From the NCBI GenBank assembly GCA_031701365.1, contig GCA_031701365.1_4118.1: a stretch of 64,000 bases of DNA. One strand, given 5' to 3'. Under the pieces are notes generated by a model. The model saw only the letters and a program-made list of their open reading frames with translations. It ran no database searches and had not been told where the DNA came from. Within the stretch, counting starts at the first letter, position 1, and the number at the start of each line of letters is the position of its first letter. Shown here in pieces: positions 41,759-50,998 of the stretch. The stretch is from Escherichia coli (GTDB taxonomy: Bacteria; Pseudomonadota; Gammaproteobacteria; Enterobacterales; Enterobacteriaceae). Position numbers and translations under genes: made by a program.

Positions 41759-41976
41759 ATAGATACTATGTTGTGTATGAACACGTCTCTGAATTTAATA
41801 ACATACGCGGGTTTTCCAGAGTAGTCACCAAGATGGATGTATTCATTCGTGCTCTTAGTGAAGTAGATGCACTGTTTAAATTGTTTGATGAAATTACAAA
41901 GTATAACACACCTAAAACACACCGCTATGTGGAAACTGTACATTGCATTATGCTAACTGAAAGTGATGAGGAATGA
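41755..41976 (+). CDS. hypothetical protein
   Basis: 73 aa. Confidence 0.45.
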   Translation: MNRYYVVYEHVSEFNNIRGFSRVVTKMDVFIRALSEVDALFKLFDEITKYNTPKTHRYVETVHCIMLTESDEE

Positions 41977-41979
41977 TAA

Positions 41980-42198
41980 ATGAATTTATATCTAGTTGAA
42001 GGTTTAGTACAAGTCTATAAACCAGAAGGTGAAGGTCAACGTTTTTCACACGTAGAAGAATTTAAGTACGTTGTACAGGCTGATGGTCAGTACGATGCGG
42101 AAATTCAAGTAGATGAATCATTCCGTAAGAAAAATGAAATTGGTAAATTTCAATACCAGAACTTACAATACAAAGTATGGCCTAGCATAAATGACTAA
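41980..42198 (+). CDS. hypothetical protein
   Basis: 72 aa. Confidence 0.45.
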   Translation: MNLYLVEGLVQVYKPEGEGQRFSHVEEFKYVVQADGQYDAEIQVDESFRKKNEIGKFQYQNLQYKVWPSIND

Positions 42199-42406
42199 GA
42201 TGTGGTGGTGTCATGGTGTATATAACGTGTATGTAAATGGTAGATATAAAATGTCTAGTACCTATGCAAGACGTGTTAATGCGAACAACCAAGTTGATGC
42301 TGCCTGTGAGATCATTGAGTGGTATGCTGAGTTCAATGCACCTGACTATATGTACGAAATAGTTACAATAAATGTTGTACAAATCGATACATCTTTGATA
42401 CAATAA
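42191..42406 (+). CDS. hypothetical protein
   Basis: 71 aa. Confidence 0.45.
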   Translation: MTKMWWCHGVYNVYVNGRYKMSSTYARRVNANNQVDAACEIIEWYAEFNAPDYMYEIVTINVVQIDTSLIQ

Positions 42407-42437
42407 CCACATCAAAAAAATGCATATGAGGATACTT

Positions 42438-43100
42438 ATGTTAGTTAATCTTAATTTCATCACTTCACCTGACTGGGCATTACGTGGGGTTTCTTTAAAC
42501 TTCAAGGAAACTATGTTTGATTACATTGGTGAGTGTACATTGGTAAATGCAACTTTTGACCCAAATCATCCGTTCTGGGCTGAAATTCATGATCCAACTG
42601 TAAACAACAATACATCTGTTATGACTATTGTCCAGACTAAACATGCAGGTATCCTTGCAGGTTATCGACCTGGACATGCAATTGAACACTTCACTGATTA
42701 CGATGTAGTGGATGAATACCCAATGATCCATGAAGATGGAAGTCTATACACATCTGAAGACTTCCGTGCTATCTTTAATAGTACTGATGATATTCTACCA
42801 AGTGGACGTCCACGTCCTGAGTCTTATCTTATGCATTCATCTTATGGTGTAGCAGATACGCTTGAACAGATTATGAAGAAGTACAAGAACCTAATTGAAG
42901 GTCCAGAAGAAATTGTCCTGTGCTATCACCCAGTACTGAAGTCTGAACAACCAAAGGATGGTGGATGGCGTTGGCATAAGAATGGTGATTATATTGGTAC
43001 TAAACGAAGTAAAGAACGTTTTGAGTACTTGTATGATGAACCAGATGTTGATGTGGTTTTGTGTTATAATTTTATTAAGGTGAAAAAGAAATGTATCTAG
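42438..43100 (+). CDS. hypothetical protein
   Basis: ATG 42438 after GAGGA; ~220 aa. Confidence 0.5.
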   Translation: MLVNLNFITSPDWALRGVSLNFKETMFDYIGECTLVNATFDPNHPFWAEIHDPTVNNNTSVMTIVQTKHAGILAGYRPGHAIEHFTDYDVVDEYPMIHEDGSLYTSEDFRAIFNSTDDILPSGRPRPESYLMHSSYGVADTLEQIMKKYKNLIEGPEEIVLCYHPVLKSEQPKDGGWRWHKNGDYIGTKRSKERFEYLYDEPDVDVVLCYNFIKVKKKCI

Positions 43101-43330
43101 TACTAAGTTTTGTTGTTGCACTATTGTTTATGTTTTATCCTACACTAGTAGCATTAGCCACTAAACGACCGATTGTAGATATTACTACTGTATTCTTGCT
43201 AAACGTGGCATTAGTACTGGTTTCTATTATCATTCCCGTGAGCTTTACTGTTATTGATATTGTGTCGGTATTACTCTTCGTAATCAGTTATCTTATGCTT
43301 ATTGAAGAAAAACCAGTTGACAACCATTAG
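43091..43330 (+). CDS. small membrane protein
   Basis: 79 aa, two TM. Confidence 0.5.
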   Translation: MYLVLSFVVALLFMFYPTLVALATKRPIVDITTVFLLNVALVLVSIIIPVSFTVIDIVSVLLFVISYLMLIEEKPVDNH

Positions 43331-43344
43331 TAGTACTGTATAAT
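43317..43344 (+). promoter_or_regulatory. CAGTACTG-class promoter (TTGACA-16-TATAAT)
   Basis: 'ttgacaaccattagtagtactgtataatgg'. Confidence 0.55.
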
Positions 43345-43390
43345 GGTTCCTGTAGTCTGAAACTTAACACTTAAACTTGAGGTAAAAAAT

Positions 43391-43717
43391 ATGCTATCAG
43401 TACTAATTTCAATTCCGTCTTTAATTCTGATTTGGCTTCTGGTTTACGAATGCTTTATTACTGATGATAATGATAAAAAAGAGTTCTCTGAGTTGTTTAT
43501 GCTTGATTCACCAATTGTACGTATTTTCTATACAGTCGTTGTGGTTTCAGTAATTGTATGGGTTTTGAGTTTTATCTTTCCACTCGGTGCAGTAGTTAAA
43601 ACTTTGGATTTGGTTGAGAACTTTGTTGCAATTATGTGGCTAATCAAAGCACTATTTGCAGGAAATGTTAAAATTTGGATTGATATTATCAAATTCAAGT
43701 TCACGAATAAGATGTAA
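43391..43717 (+). CDS. integral membrane protein
   Basis: 108 aa, 3 hydrophobic helices. Confidence 0.5.
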   Translation: MLSVLISIPSLILIWLLVYECFITDDNDKKEFSELFMLDSPIVRIFYTVVVVSVIVWVLSFIFPLGAVVKTLDLVENFVAIMWLIKALFAGNVKIWIDIIKFKFTNKM

Positions 43718-43795
43718 CAGTCAAAATACCTCTATAGTATTAAATACTTCTGTACTATATATATGTACAGAAGTATTTCTCGTTAGAGGTTTGTT

Positions 43796-44155
43796 ATGAA
43801 AAGTTATATAAAATTAATAGCACTTGTGTGTGCATTATTTTCATGTTTTAGTTATGGTGCAGCAGCAGAAACATATTGTCGTAGTACTAAGGGAACGTGG
43901 CATGTATTGACTAACGACCCTAGAAATGGTAAAAATATAGTTGTTGATGGCGTGATTTATCGTTTTAAAGTAGAAAGTATTATTGGTAATAAAAAAATCT
44001 CGACTTATAGAGATGATTCTGGTACATTAGCAAACGTAATATTAATTGTAGACCCAAGAACTGGTAATGGTGATATCTATATAGTAATTTACTTGGACTC
44101 ATCGGTACGCCGTGACCTAGATATAGATAAATTGAACTTACACTGTGAAATATAG
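43796..44155 (+). CDS. secreted two-cysteine protein (family member 1)
   Basis: Signal peptide 'MKSYIKLIALVCALFSCFSYGAAA'; mature Cys near N- and C-termini; 'VVDGVIYRFKVESI'. Confidence 0.55.
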   Translation: MKSYIKLIALVCALFSCFSYGAAAETYCRSTKGTWHVLTNDPRNGKNIVVDGVIYRFKVESIIGNKKISTYRDDSGTLANVILIVDPRTGNGDIYIVIYLDSSVRRDLDIDKLNLHCEI

Positions 44156-44166
44156 GACTTAAAAAA

Positions 44167-44544
44167 ATGGTAAACACTATTTTACTTTTGTTGTTGAATA
44201 TTCCAATTATTCTGTCTTTTTTAATTTCTATTTTTATGGCAGGATATTGTTTAGTTGCAGTAATTCATTTTATTTTAACAAACAAATATGTCCTAATTTC
44301 TAAGCTTGATTCTATTTTTGCTTGCGATTCAATGGCTTATAACTTATGGTTAATTTGTTCTTGCATTATGGGAGTAACTTTCCTTCTGCATGTATTTGAT
44401 GTCCTTGACCAAAAGTTCGTATACATCAGTACTGGATTGGCACTTTATCCTGCTACGTGGTACTTGATTTACGTTGGTGATATATGGTATAGTACTTATA
44501 AAGAATATCAGCACAAGAAATCACTTAACGTTGGAGGAAAATAA
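44167..44544 (+). CDS. integral membrane protein
   Basis: 125 aa, multiple TM. Confidence 0.5.
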   Translation: MVNTILLLLLNIPIILSFLISIFMAGYCLVAVIHFILTNKYVLISKLDSIFACDSMAYNLWLICSCIMGVTFLLHVFDVLDQKFVYISTGLALYPATWYLIYVGDIWYSTYKEYQHKKSLNVGGK

Positions 44545-44546
44545 TC

Positions 44547-44897
44547 ATGAAAACTATTTTATTTTTTGTATGTATGTTAATGTGTGGGTTGTCATATGCT
44601 GAACCATTAGAAGGTTTAGTTTGTACAGATGGTAATATTAAACATATCTATCAAGGTGATAGTGACGATAGAGATATTGTATATATTGATGGACAATCAT
44701 ATACGTTTGTTAAAGAGCATACAGTAGGCGACATTAGCTTCACTGAGTTTTCCAACGATACAGACCCTAACTTCTTAGCGTTTATTGAAGTAGATGTGTA
44801 TGAAGATAGTAATGGTACACAATATGCTAAATTAGTTATGATGCGTCGTGGTGCTAAAGAAACTAGTTTTGGTGGCTTGTGTAAATATAAGGATTGA
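44547..44897 (+). CDS. secreted two-cysteine protein (family member 2)
   Basis: Signal peptide 'MKTILFFVCMLMCGLSYA'; 'YIDGQSYTFVKEHTV'; C-terminal Cys. Confidence 0.55.
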   Translation: MKTILFFVCMLMCGLSYAEPLEGLVCTDGNIKHIYQGDSDDRDIVYIDGQSYTFVKEHTVGDISFTEFSNDTDPNFLAFIEVDVYEDSNGTQYAKLVMMRRGAKETSFGGLCKYKD

Positions 44898-44901
44898 TAT
44901 T

Positions 44902-45093
44902 ATGTTGATTTATCAAGGTGATAATATTCGTGTTATGCAGCATCCCTACTTACAAATCTTTGATGTGCAGCAGTATATGGAAGGTGATGACCCAAGAACC
45001 TATGGTCGTAAGTATGATTACTTCACTGTAAAGCAGTGTAAAAATATTAACGAAGTACGACAATTAGTTCAAGAACTTCAAAACAAAGGTTGA
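44902..45093 (+). CDS. hypothetical protein
   Basis: ATG 44902; stop TGA inside the PeSL stem/-35. Confidence 0.45.
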   Translation: MLIYQGDNIRVMQHPYLQIFDVQQYMEGDDPRTYGRKYDYFTVKQCKNINEVRQLVQELQNKG

Positions 45094-45119
45094 CTTCGGT
45101 CAGCCTTTTTTGTTATAAT
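45086..45119 (+). promoter_or_regulatory. PeSL-like cassette: hairpin AAGGTTGAC-TTCG-GTCAGCCTT + T-run fused to promoter (TTGACT-18-TATAAT)
   Basis: Stem contains the -35; TATAAT 45114-19. Confidence 0.65.
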
Positions 45120-45147
45120 TCTATTAATAAATTAGAGGATTTTAATT

Positions 45148-45588
45148 ATGTATGTATATCGTTTTGAACTTAAATTTAGTTACATCGAACCTGACTTAAA
45201 ACCAGCCCTAACTGTTGGCCCGTTTGCACGGTATTCAGCCAGATACAGTACTAAAAATGGATTTGACCGTTTGCTCATGACTACACCTTCTCAATTCCAA
45301 CCTGAACCAACTGAGGATGGGATCTATTCAATCAAAAGTGGATGGGTATTTGGCTGTCAAAGTTTGAAAGATTTGTTCAGATTCTTCACTATGGACTTAG
45401 GTAAATTGCATCGTGCTGGGTTTGCTATATCTGTATATGAAGTTCCAGACCACCATGTAGACATTGGTCGTAATCAAGTTCAGTACTATTGCGGTAGTGC
45501 TAAATTAGTTCGTATCATGTCAGTTAAGGAAGCAAAGGATGAGTTCCGACAAAGTAAAAGAGAAACAAATGAGGTAATATATGGATAA
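45148..45588 (+). CDS. hypothetical protein
   Basis: 146 aa. Confidence 0.5.
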   Translation: MYVYRFELKFSYIEPDLKPALTVGPFARYSARYSTKNGFDRLLMTTPSQFQPEPTEDGIYSIKSGWVFGCQSLKDLFRFFTMDLGKLHRAGFAISVYEVPDHHVDIGRNQVQYYCGSAKLVRIMSVKEAKDEFRQSKRETNEVIYG

Positions 45589-45925
45589 AACTCAAATAGA
45601 ATTAAAGAAATTTGTTTCATTCTATCTTCCTGATGACCCACGTAATTCACAAAAAGATATTGAATATTATAATATCCTATCTAAACAGTTAATGAGAAAG
45701 TTTCAACAGTGTTTAACAATATTCAATACAGATGGAAGACGTAGATACCGAATCGTTTCAATGAATGATGAAAACGCAAATTTCTTTGATTACGATGTGG
45801 TTTTTAGAGCATATAATGATGATCGTATAAAATTAAATTATGATCAAATTATACTTGACCTGAATGTTATATGTGTTATAATCACTCACGTAGCCGAACT
45901 TAATGGTTTTAAAGAATGGTATTGA
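45581..45925 (+). CDS. hypothetical protein
   Basis: 114 aa. Confidence 0.5.
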   Translation: MDKTQIELKKFVSFYLPDDPRNSQKDIEYYNILSKQLMRKFQQCLTIFNTDGRRRYRIVSMNDENANFFDYDVVFRAYNDDRIKLNYDQIILDLNVICVIITHVAELNGFKEWY

Positions 45926-45939
45926 ATAGAGGATAACAT

Positions 45940-46206
45940 ATGAAGCTTAAATTACAATATAATGGATTTACTTTACGTAATGATACTGAATTTATTAATC
46001 GTTCTCCTGGTGCTGAACTGTTTTTACGAGAGATGAACATTCCTTTCATCATTACTACAGTGGGCGACCGTGAAGTTCTACAATACGCAGAGCATCCGAT
46101 CATTGATGTTCCTTGGTACTCTGAGCATATGTACATGGATATGGCACGTCGCTACAACTGTAAGTTCGTAGTTGAAGGTGATAAAATTACAGTCGAATTT
46201 AAATAA
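45940..46206 (+). CDS. hypothetical protein
   Basis: 88 aa. Confidence 0.5.
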   Translation: MKLKLQYNGFTLRNDTEFINRSPGAELFLREMNIPFIITTVGDREVLQYAEHPIIDVPWYSEHMYMDMARRYNCKFVVEGDKITVEFK

Positions 46207-46217
46207 GGTAAATTAAA

Positions 46218-46511
46218 ATGATCAGTACTTCAGTTAATGAAAGCATCGTCGCTGACGTAGAAATGGTTAAAGAATGTGCAGATGAAACTCTTCGTGATAT
46301 GTACATTAATGATTTAATTACTGAATACGGTAGTCGTGGTGTACACGAATTTATTCGTTTAAGTGGAGAGTTGATGAAAAATCGAATTCGTATGAAGCTT
46401 AACGTACATCCAAAAGCATGGGCATTTACATTAAAATACGCAGAAGATATTGTGAATTTGCGTCGAACTGAAGTATATGAACGTTTGCACAATGGTATGT
46501 TAGATAAATGA
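46218..46511 (+). CDS. hypothetical protein
   Basis: 97 aa. Confidence 0.5.
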   Translation: MISTSVNESIVADVEMVKECADETLRDMYINDLITEYGSRGVHEFIRLSGELMKNRIRMKLNVHPKAWAFTLKYAEDIVNLRRTEVYERLHNGMLDK

Positions 46512-46520
46512 TTGTAAAAT

Positions 46521-46550
46521 AGGAATTCTTAAATGAATTCCTTTTTGTTT
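46521..46550 (+). terminator. rho-independent terminator (AGGAATTC-loop-GAATTCCT + T-run)
   Basis: Perfect 8-bp stem then TTTTTGTTT. Confidence 0.65.
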
Positions 46551-46563
46551 ATAAGGTATAGTA

Positions 46564-46785
46564 ATGAAATATATAGTACTTGTACTGATATTATTCAGTA
46601 CTGTTGTAAGTGCTAAACAAAAAGAATATATTAAATGTATAAATTATGAAGAGAAATATGTTGAAACATATAAAAAAAGTATAATTAAAAACGTTTCGAT
46701 TACTAACAGAGCAACAATCATTGTACTTAAAAATGGGTTAATTATGCTATATAAACCACACGTTAAATGTGAAATTATTAATTGA
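46564..46785 (+). CDS. small secreted protein
   Basis: 'MKYIVLVLILFSTVVSA|KQ'. Confidence 0.5.
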   Translation: MKYIVLVLILFSTVVSAKQKEYIKCINYEEKYVETYKKSIIKNVSITNRATIIVLKNGLIMLYKPHVKCEIIN

Positions 46786-46792
46786 GGAAAAT

Positions 46793-47365
46793 ATGAATCG
46801 TAAAGGTCGTTTTAAAGTATCAAAAAAGAACAAAAGTTCTAGGTTTAAACCTATTGTTTTAACAGTTAAATCTAACAAAGAATTAACTGCACTTAGTAAA
46901 AAGATAATTTCATCTAAGATTGAAGTATCATACGTAAATTCATTAAAATATATGAATATAAAACCACTGGACAAACTCATTTCACTTATATTTCAGCGTA
47001 ATGATTTTGAGATATCAGTAGATGATTATAGAGCCTATAATGCTGGTTTCATTAATGTTACTTGTAATAAAAAGCTAACTGAGTTGGAAAACTTGTCATG
47101 TATAGTAAATCTAGATAAAGGTGTAGTGAAATACAATTTTGTACATTTTACTAATATTAATAATGGCATGGGTGTACAATCCAGACCTATAGTACCTACA
47201 TGTGATGTTACTAAATTAGCAAAGCTCAATGATGAAGAATATTTTCAAGAAAGTATTGTGACTGAGCATTTAGATGATATAATAGCTACTTACAAAGAGT
47301 GTATATGGGTTTTGAATGCTATAAAGCCTAAATTGTGTTTAATGAATATTGTTCGTGATTTATGA
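46793..47365 (+). CDS. FFQ-motif family protein
   Basis: ATG 46793 after GAGGA; 'DEEYFQESIVTEHLDDII'. Confidence 0.55.
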   Translation: MNRKGRFKVSKKNKSSRFKPIVLTVKSNKELTALSKKIISSKIEVSYVNSLKYMNIKPLDKLISLIFQRNDFEISVDDYRAYNAGFINVTCNKKLTELENLSCIVNLDKGVVKYNFVHFTNINNGMGVQSRPIVPTCDVTKLAKLNDEEYFQESIVTEHLDDIIATYKECIWVLNAIKPKLCLMNIVRDL

Positions 47366-47378
47366 ATGGGGAATCGTA

Positions 47379-47822
47379 ATGAGTTGGGTAAATGTTAATA
47401 GTATTGAACTTAACGAACAAGATATTTTTGCATTTGTAAATTTAACCAATAATACAGTACTAAAAGGGCGTTTGTTCAGTGCGAGTGATGGATATAAATG
47501 GATCTCTTTGATGGATGATAGTGGTGTGATTTATAATGTAATGCAATTACCCCAATGGGTATATAGTAACACTGCCGACGATGTTCTTGCCGCAGTTATG
47601 CGTGAGTTTGAAAAACTCCCAGGTGGTGATATCAAAAACAAAGTTTTTAATGCAGAACGTAAAAATTATACAGCACAGCAATTGGAATCCCTTGCCATTG
47701 CTGCTTATCAAGCTGCTATTAAGAAGCCAGAGTGCGTTATTCTTAAGTATGTACCAGACTTAAAACTTACGTTGGAAGACATGGATGCATTCATTTTTAC
47801 ATCTGAACTTGATCAGTACTAA
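47379..47822 (+). CDS. hypothetical protein
   Basis: ATG 47379 after GGGGA. Confidence 0.5.
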   Translation: MSWVNVNSIELNEQDIFAFVNLTNNTVLKGRLFSASDGYKWISLMDDSGVIYNVMQLPQWVYSNTADDVLAAVMREFEKLPGGDIKNKVFNAERKNYTAQQLESLAIAAYQAAIKKPECVILKYVPDLKLTLEDMDAFIFTSELDQY

Positions 47823-47937
47823 TTTAACTTTGGGACAACCATTCTTATTATGATATAATGTTTTATGTCATTCGATATAAATGACAACGGAACTATAAAT
47901 ATTATAGTAAAATTTATCTCTTATAGGAGTTATAAAA

Positions 47938-48321
47938 ATGGTTGATAAATGGAATAAGAAAGATCCATCACATGATGTTGATATTTCTGGTCTAGACAAT
48001 GCACATAAGCACAAGTATCTAGATTCACTAGGTCTTCTAAAACCAGACCAAAGTCTTGCACATGATCGTCCATCCCGTGAAAAAGCATTTAGCCTAGAAT
48101 CACTAGGTCATGAGCTTAATCGTGTGTTTGAGGATCACCCAATCTATGTACGTGATATTATCGAGAAACTTAAAGTAACTCCTAAAGAGCACTTTAAAGC
48201 AACAGTACACTCTGCATTCCGTGCATTGCATGATTCTCTCAAGAAAACTCACAATCTTCGTAAAATTCATGATGAAATCGTGAATGCAATCGAAAGTGAA
48301 AAACATAAGTTCAAGAAGTAA
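47938..48321 (+). CDS. basic charged protein, paralog of 48566..49843
   Basis: Shares 'Y(L/V)(D/N)SLGLL' and 'KEL(K/Q)..PKE..K' segments with the next gene. Confidence 0.5.
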   Translation: MVDKWNKKDPSHDVDISGLDNAHKHKYLDSLGLLKPDQSLAHDRPSREKAFSLESLGHELNRVFEDHPIYVRDIIEKLKVTPKEHFKATVHSAFRALHDSLKKTHNLRKIHDEIVNAIESEKHKFKK

Positions 48322-48327
48322 TAAAAA

Positions 48328-48361
48328 GGGGTTGACTAAGGTCAGCCCTTTGTTGTATCAT
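48328..48361 (+). promoter_or_regulatory. PeSL-like cassette (GGGGTTGAC-TAAG-GTCAGCCC; TTGACT-18-TATCAT)
   Basis: Variant loop TAAG; no strong T-run. Confidence 0.5.
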
Positions 48362-48390
48362 AACTTCTCAATATAACTGAGGTATCATAT

Positions 48391-48504
48391 ATGCAAGGTT
48401 TGAAATTTGTAGTTGCTGCACTCATCGCCGCAGTACTGGTTGGTGGTGTATTCTATGTAGTGGATCAAAAAGTAAATCCACCTGCACAAGAACAATCTAA
48501 GTAA
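48391..48504 (+). CDS. small membrane peptide (37 aa) between two PeSL cassettes
   Basis: 'MQGLKFVVAALIAAVLVGGVFYVV...'; hand-translated. Confidence 0.4.
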   Translation: MQGLKFVVAALIAAVLVGGVFYVVDQKVNPPAQEQSK

Positions 48505-48510
48505 CAAAAT

Positions 48511-48543
48511 AAGGTTGACTTCGGTCAGCCTTTTCTTTATACT
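48511..48543 (+). promoter_or_regulatory. PeSL-like cassette (AAGGTTGAC-TTCG-GTCAGCCTT; TTGACT-17-TATACT)
   Basis: Stem + T-run + -10 at 48538-43. Confidence 0.65.
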
Positions 48544-48565
48544 ATAAATATAGACATAGAGAAAA

Positions 48566-49843
48566 ATGAAATCTATGGAGAGAAATCAAATGCCAAGTAA
48601 TTTTACTGATAAAAATGGTGGTAACATGGCTGGTCACTCGGATAAATGGAGTGAACGCAACCGCCGACCAAATAGTTATCAAGCAGGTCAAGGTTCACGT
48701 GGATCACGTAACCAAGGAACTGGTCTAGCTGGTAAAGCAAACGCAGAAGCAGGTGAAGTTAAGAGTACTGAGAACATGACTGAGCTAGAAAAGCTACGTT
48801 ATGTTAATTCATTGGGACTTCTTAATGCTACACAAAAACAACGCCTAGCTGATATGGAACGTGAAGAAAAAGAAAAGTCTGCTCCTGCGAAAGAAGAACC
48901 AAAACAAGAAGCACCAAAGGCGGTTAACCCTGTCAAAGAATTGTCTGATAAGTTAGGTAAGATTTTTGCTAATAAACCACAACTTATCCAAGGTATTGTG
49001 AAAGAATTGCAATCTGTACCTAAAGAAGAATTAAAAGTCAAAGCACAAGCTGTACTTGATGCAATGAGTGGAAATACCAGTACTGAACCAACTGAAGTAT
49101 TCAGTACTATAATGCGTGCACTTGAAGGTACACCACAAGGTGATGTGCCTTCACAAGAGGAAGTAAGTCTTGAAAGCGTACTTAAAACATTTGATAGTAT
49201 TGGTAAAGAAGACCGTGCTAATGCTCAACAAGTTAAGAATGTACTAGCTAAGTTAGAAAACCGTCTGGAAGGTAAAGACGATAAGATTAAATTAGTATCT
49301 GATGCAGTTAACGATGCACTTAAATCTTATGTACAAGGTGAAAAGAGTCGTTTTGTAACTGCAATGGATGCTGCATTCAATACTATGAAAAAGTATGAAG
49401 CTGATCATGGTGAGAAGGTTACACGAGATGGTTATCTGATGCGTGATGATGAAGAAGGTGCAGTAGAACAGAACGATGTTCATTCAGACGAAGAAATTGA
49501 TGACATGGAAGCTGAACTGTCACAAGACCGCCAAATGACTGAAAAATCCCATAACGAACTACAGAAATTAATGCAATGGGTTGCAGATGTTGGTGAAAAA
49601 GCTGGTGCTGATAAGAAGAGTATAAATCGAAATCTTAGTTGGATTAAAGATAAAGTTGGTAACAACGCTCGTAAACTACAAAAAGCGTGGACTGATGTAG
49701 TGAATGGTGCTGTTGACATTGATGTTGAATCCGGTGAGGCATATGATTATGCATTGACTACACTTGATGACTCTTTCCGTGATTACGAAAATGGAAATGT
49801 AACTCCTTGGGAAAAGGACATCATGAGCAAATACGGTAAATGA
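48566..49843 (+). CDS. highly charged A/K/E-rich protein (internal-protein-like composition)
   Basis: 425 aa; low-complexity charged regions; paralogous segments with 47938..48321. Confidence 0.55.
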   Translation: MKSMERNQMPSNFTDKNGGNMAGHSDKWSERNRRPNSYQAGQGSRGSRNQGTGLAGKANAEAGEVKSTENMTELEKLRYVNSLGLLNATQKQRLADMEREEKEKSAPAKEEPKQEAPKAVNPVKELSDKLGKIFANKPQLIQGIVKELQSVPKEELKVKAQAVLDAMSGNTSTEPTEVFSTIMRALEGTPQGDVPSQEEVSLESVLKTFDSIGKEDRANAQQVKNVLAKLENRLEGKDDKIKLVSDAVNDALKSYVQGEKSRFVTAMDAAFNTMKKYEADHGEKVTRDGYLMRDDEEGAVEQNDVHSDEEIDDMEAELSQDRQMTEKSHNELQKLMQWVADVGEKAGADKKSINRNLSWIKDKVGNNARKLQKAWTDVVNGAVDIDVESGEAYDYALTTLDDSFRDYENGNVTPWEKDIMSKYGK

Positions 49844-49851
49844 TAAAACAA

Positions 49852-49885
49852 AAGGTTGACTTCGGTCAGCCTTTTTTTGTAAATA
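49852..49885 (+). promoter_or_regulatory. PeSL-like cassette (AAGGTTGAC-TTCG-GTCAGCCTT + T7; weak -10)
   Basis: Identical stem to other copies; -10 region degenerate. Confidence 0.55.
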
Positions 49886-49914
49886 CAAAAGAGGAATTAA
49901 GAAGAGGGATTACA

Positions 49915-50166
49915 ATGAAAAAATATATTATATTTGGAATTGTATTATTTTCCAGTACTGCTTATGGTGCAGATTATCATTGCTCCGTAGCAAGGCAGGA
50001 TTTCAGAAATGGGGAGTTCTATACTACCTCATACACAAAAGGAATAATACACGACACCGACAGAACTATTGGATTTAATGCGTTTGACAACAAAGATTCA
50101 TATACTTCAGGTATACTATCTGAGCGTAAGACTGATGTAATGGGAATAGAAAAAGAGTTCCGGTGA
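49915..50166 (+). CDS. small secreted protein
   Basis: ATG 49915; 'MKKYIIFGIVLFSSTAYG|ADYHC'. Confidence 0.5.
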   Translation: MKKYIIFGIVLFSSTAYGADYHCSVARQDFRNGEFYTTSYTKGIIHDTDRTIGFNAFDNKDSYTSGILSERKTDVMGIEKEFR

Positions 50167-50176
50167 TTCCGTAGCA

Positions 50177-50500
50177 ATGTGCAATGACATTGAAAGTACT
50201 AAAACAATTTATTATAATAATGAACGTAACTATCGTTTTCATAATTTAACCACAAATAAAAGTTTACTATTTTACAATTGTAAAGAAGTAATACTCCCAT
50301 CAGACAATAGCTGTACTCCAACTAATCAACCCCCAGCACAATGTAATACTCCCTCTGAACCTGATAAAAATAAAAAAGACAAAGATAAAGATAAAAAAGA
50401 AGACAAAAAACCTTTAAAAGATAAAAAGAAAGATAAAAAACCTAATCCGTTTAAAAATAATAAACCAGCACAACCCGATATGACGTGTAAAATAAAATAA
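50177..50500 (+). CDS. Lys/Asp-rich low-complexity protein
   Basis: 107 aa; 'KNKKDKDKDKKEDKKPLKDKKKDKKP'. Confidence 0.45.
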   Translation: MCNDIESTKTIYYNNERNYRFHNLTTNKSLLFYNCKEVILPSDNSCTPTNQPPAQCNTPSEPDKNKKDKDKDKKEDKKPLKDKKKDKKPNPFKNNKPAQPDMTCKIK

Positions 50501-50509
50501 GGATATATA

Positions 50510-50929
50510 ATGAAAAAGATTTTTTTAAGTATTATTTTAGTACTTTTTAGTTTTAATGTATATGCAACAGATGCTAAACAGGTTGCAAATACAGTAAAAG
50601 ATGTTATAGTAGATAATGCTCCTACATTAGAGGAAATTGGGGTAAAAACTTGTGATATAGTAATATATAATTTAGTTAATGATGAACGAGTTATGTTGAA
50701 TACGTATGAACAAGTAGTCCCATTGGTTGAATCTGGTGATGCTTTTAGCTTTACATATAAAGTTAAATTAACAGGAGGGGTTGAAGTTAATCTTGACATT
50801 GATACCGCTTCAGTACTAAAAGATAAACTAGGATATGTGTTCAATCGTATTCGTGAAGAAGGTCATCTTAAGTATGTTTATGAAAGTAAAATACTAAAAC
50901 GTGCAATAGTTATAGAAAACTGTAAATGA
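50510..50929 (+). CDS. secreted protein
   Basis: 'MKKIFLSIILVLFSFNVYA|TDA'. Confidence 0.5.
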   Translation: MKKIFLSIILVLFSFNVYATDAKQVANTVKDVIVDNAPTLEEIGVKTCDIVIYNLVNDERVMLNTYEQVVPLVESGDAFSFTYKVKLTGGVEVNLDIDTASVLKDKLGYVFNRIREEGHLKYVYESKILKRAIVIENCK

Positions 50930-50937
50930 TAATAAAA

Positions 50938-50970
50938 GGGTTGACTTCGGTCAGCCTTTTTTGTTATGAT
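50938..50970 (+). promoter_or_regulatory. PeSL-like cassette (GGGTTGAC-TTCG-GTCAGCC + T-run; TTGACT-18-TATGAT)
   Basis: Same stem-loop; -10 at 50965-70. Confidence 0.6.
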
Positions 50971-50998
50971 GTTGATATTAACTACAGAGGATAAAGTA

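Noticed and set aside
50365-50440. Lys/Asp-encoding low-complexity DNA (aaagataaa repeats) as a possible regulatory repeat.
   Set aside because: It lies in-frame inside ORF 50177-50500 and is better explained as coding low-complexity sequence.
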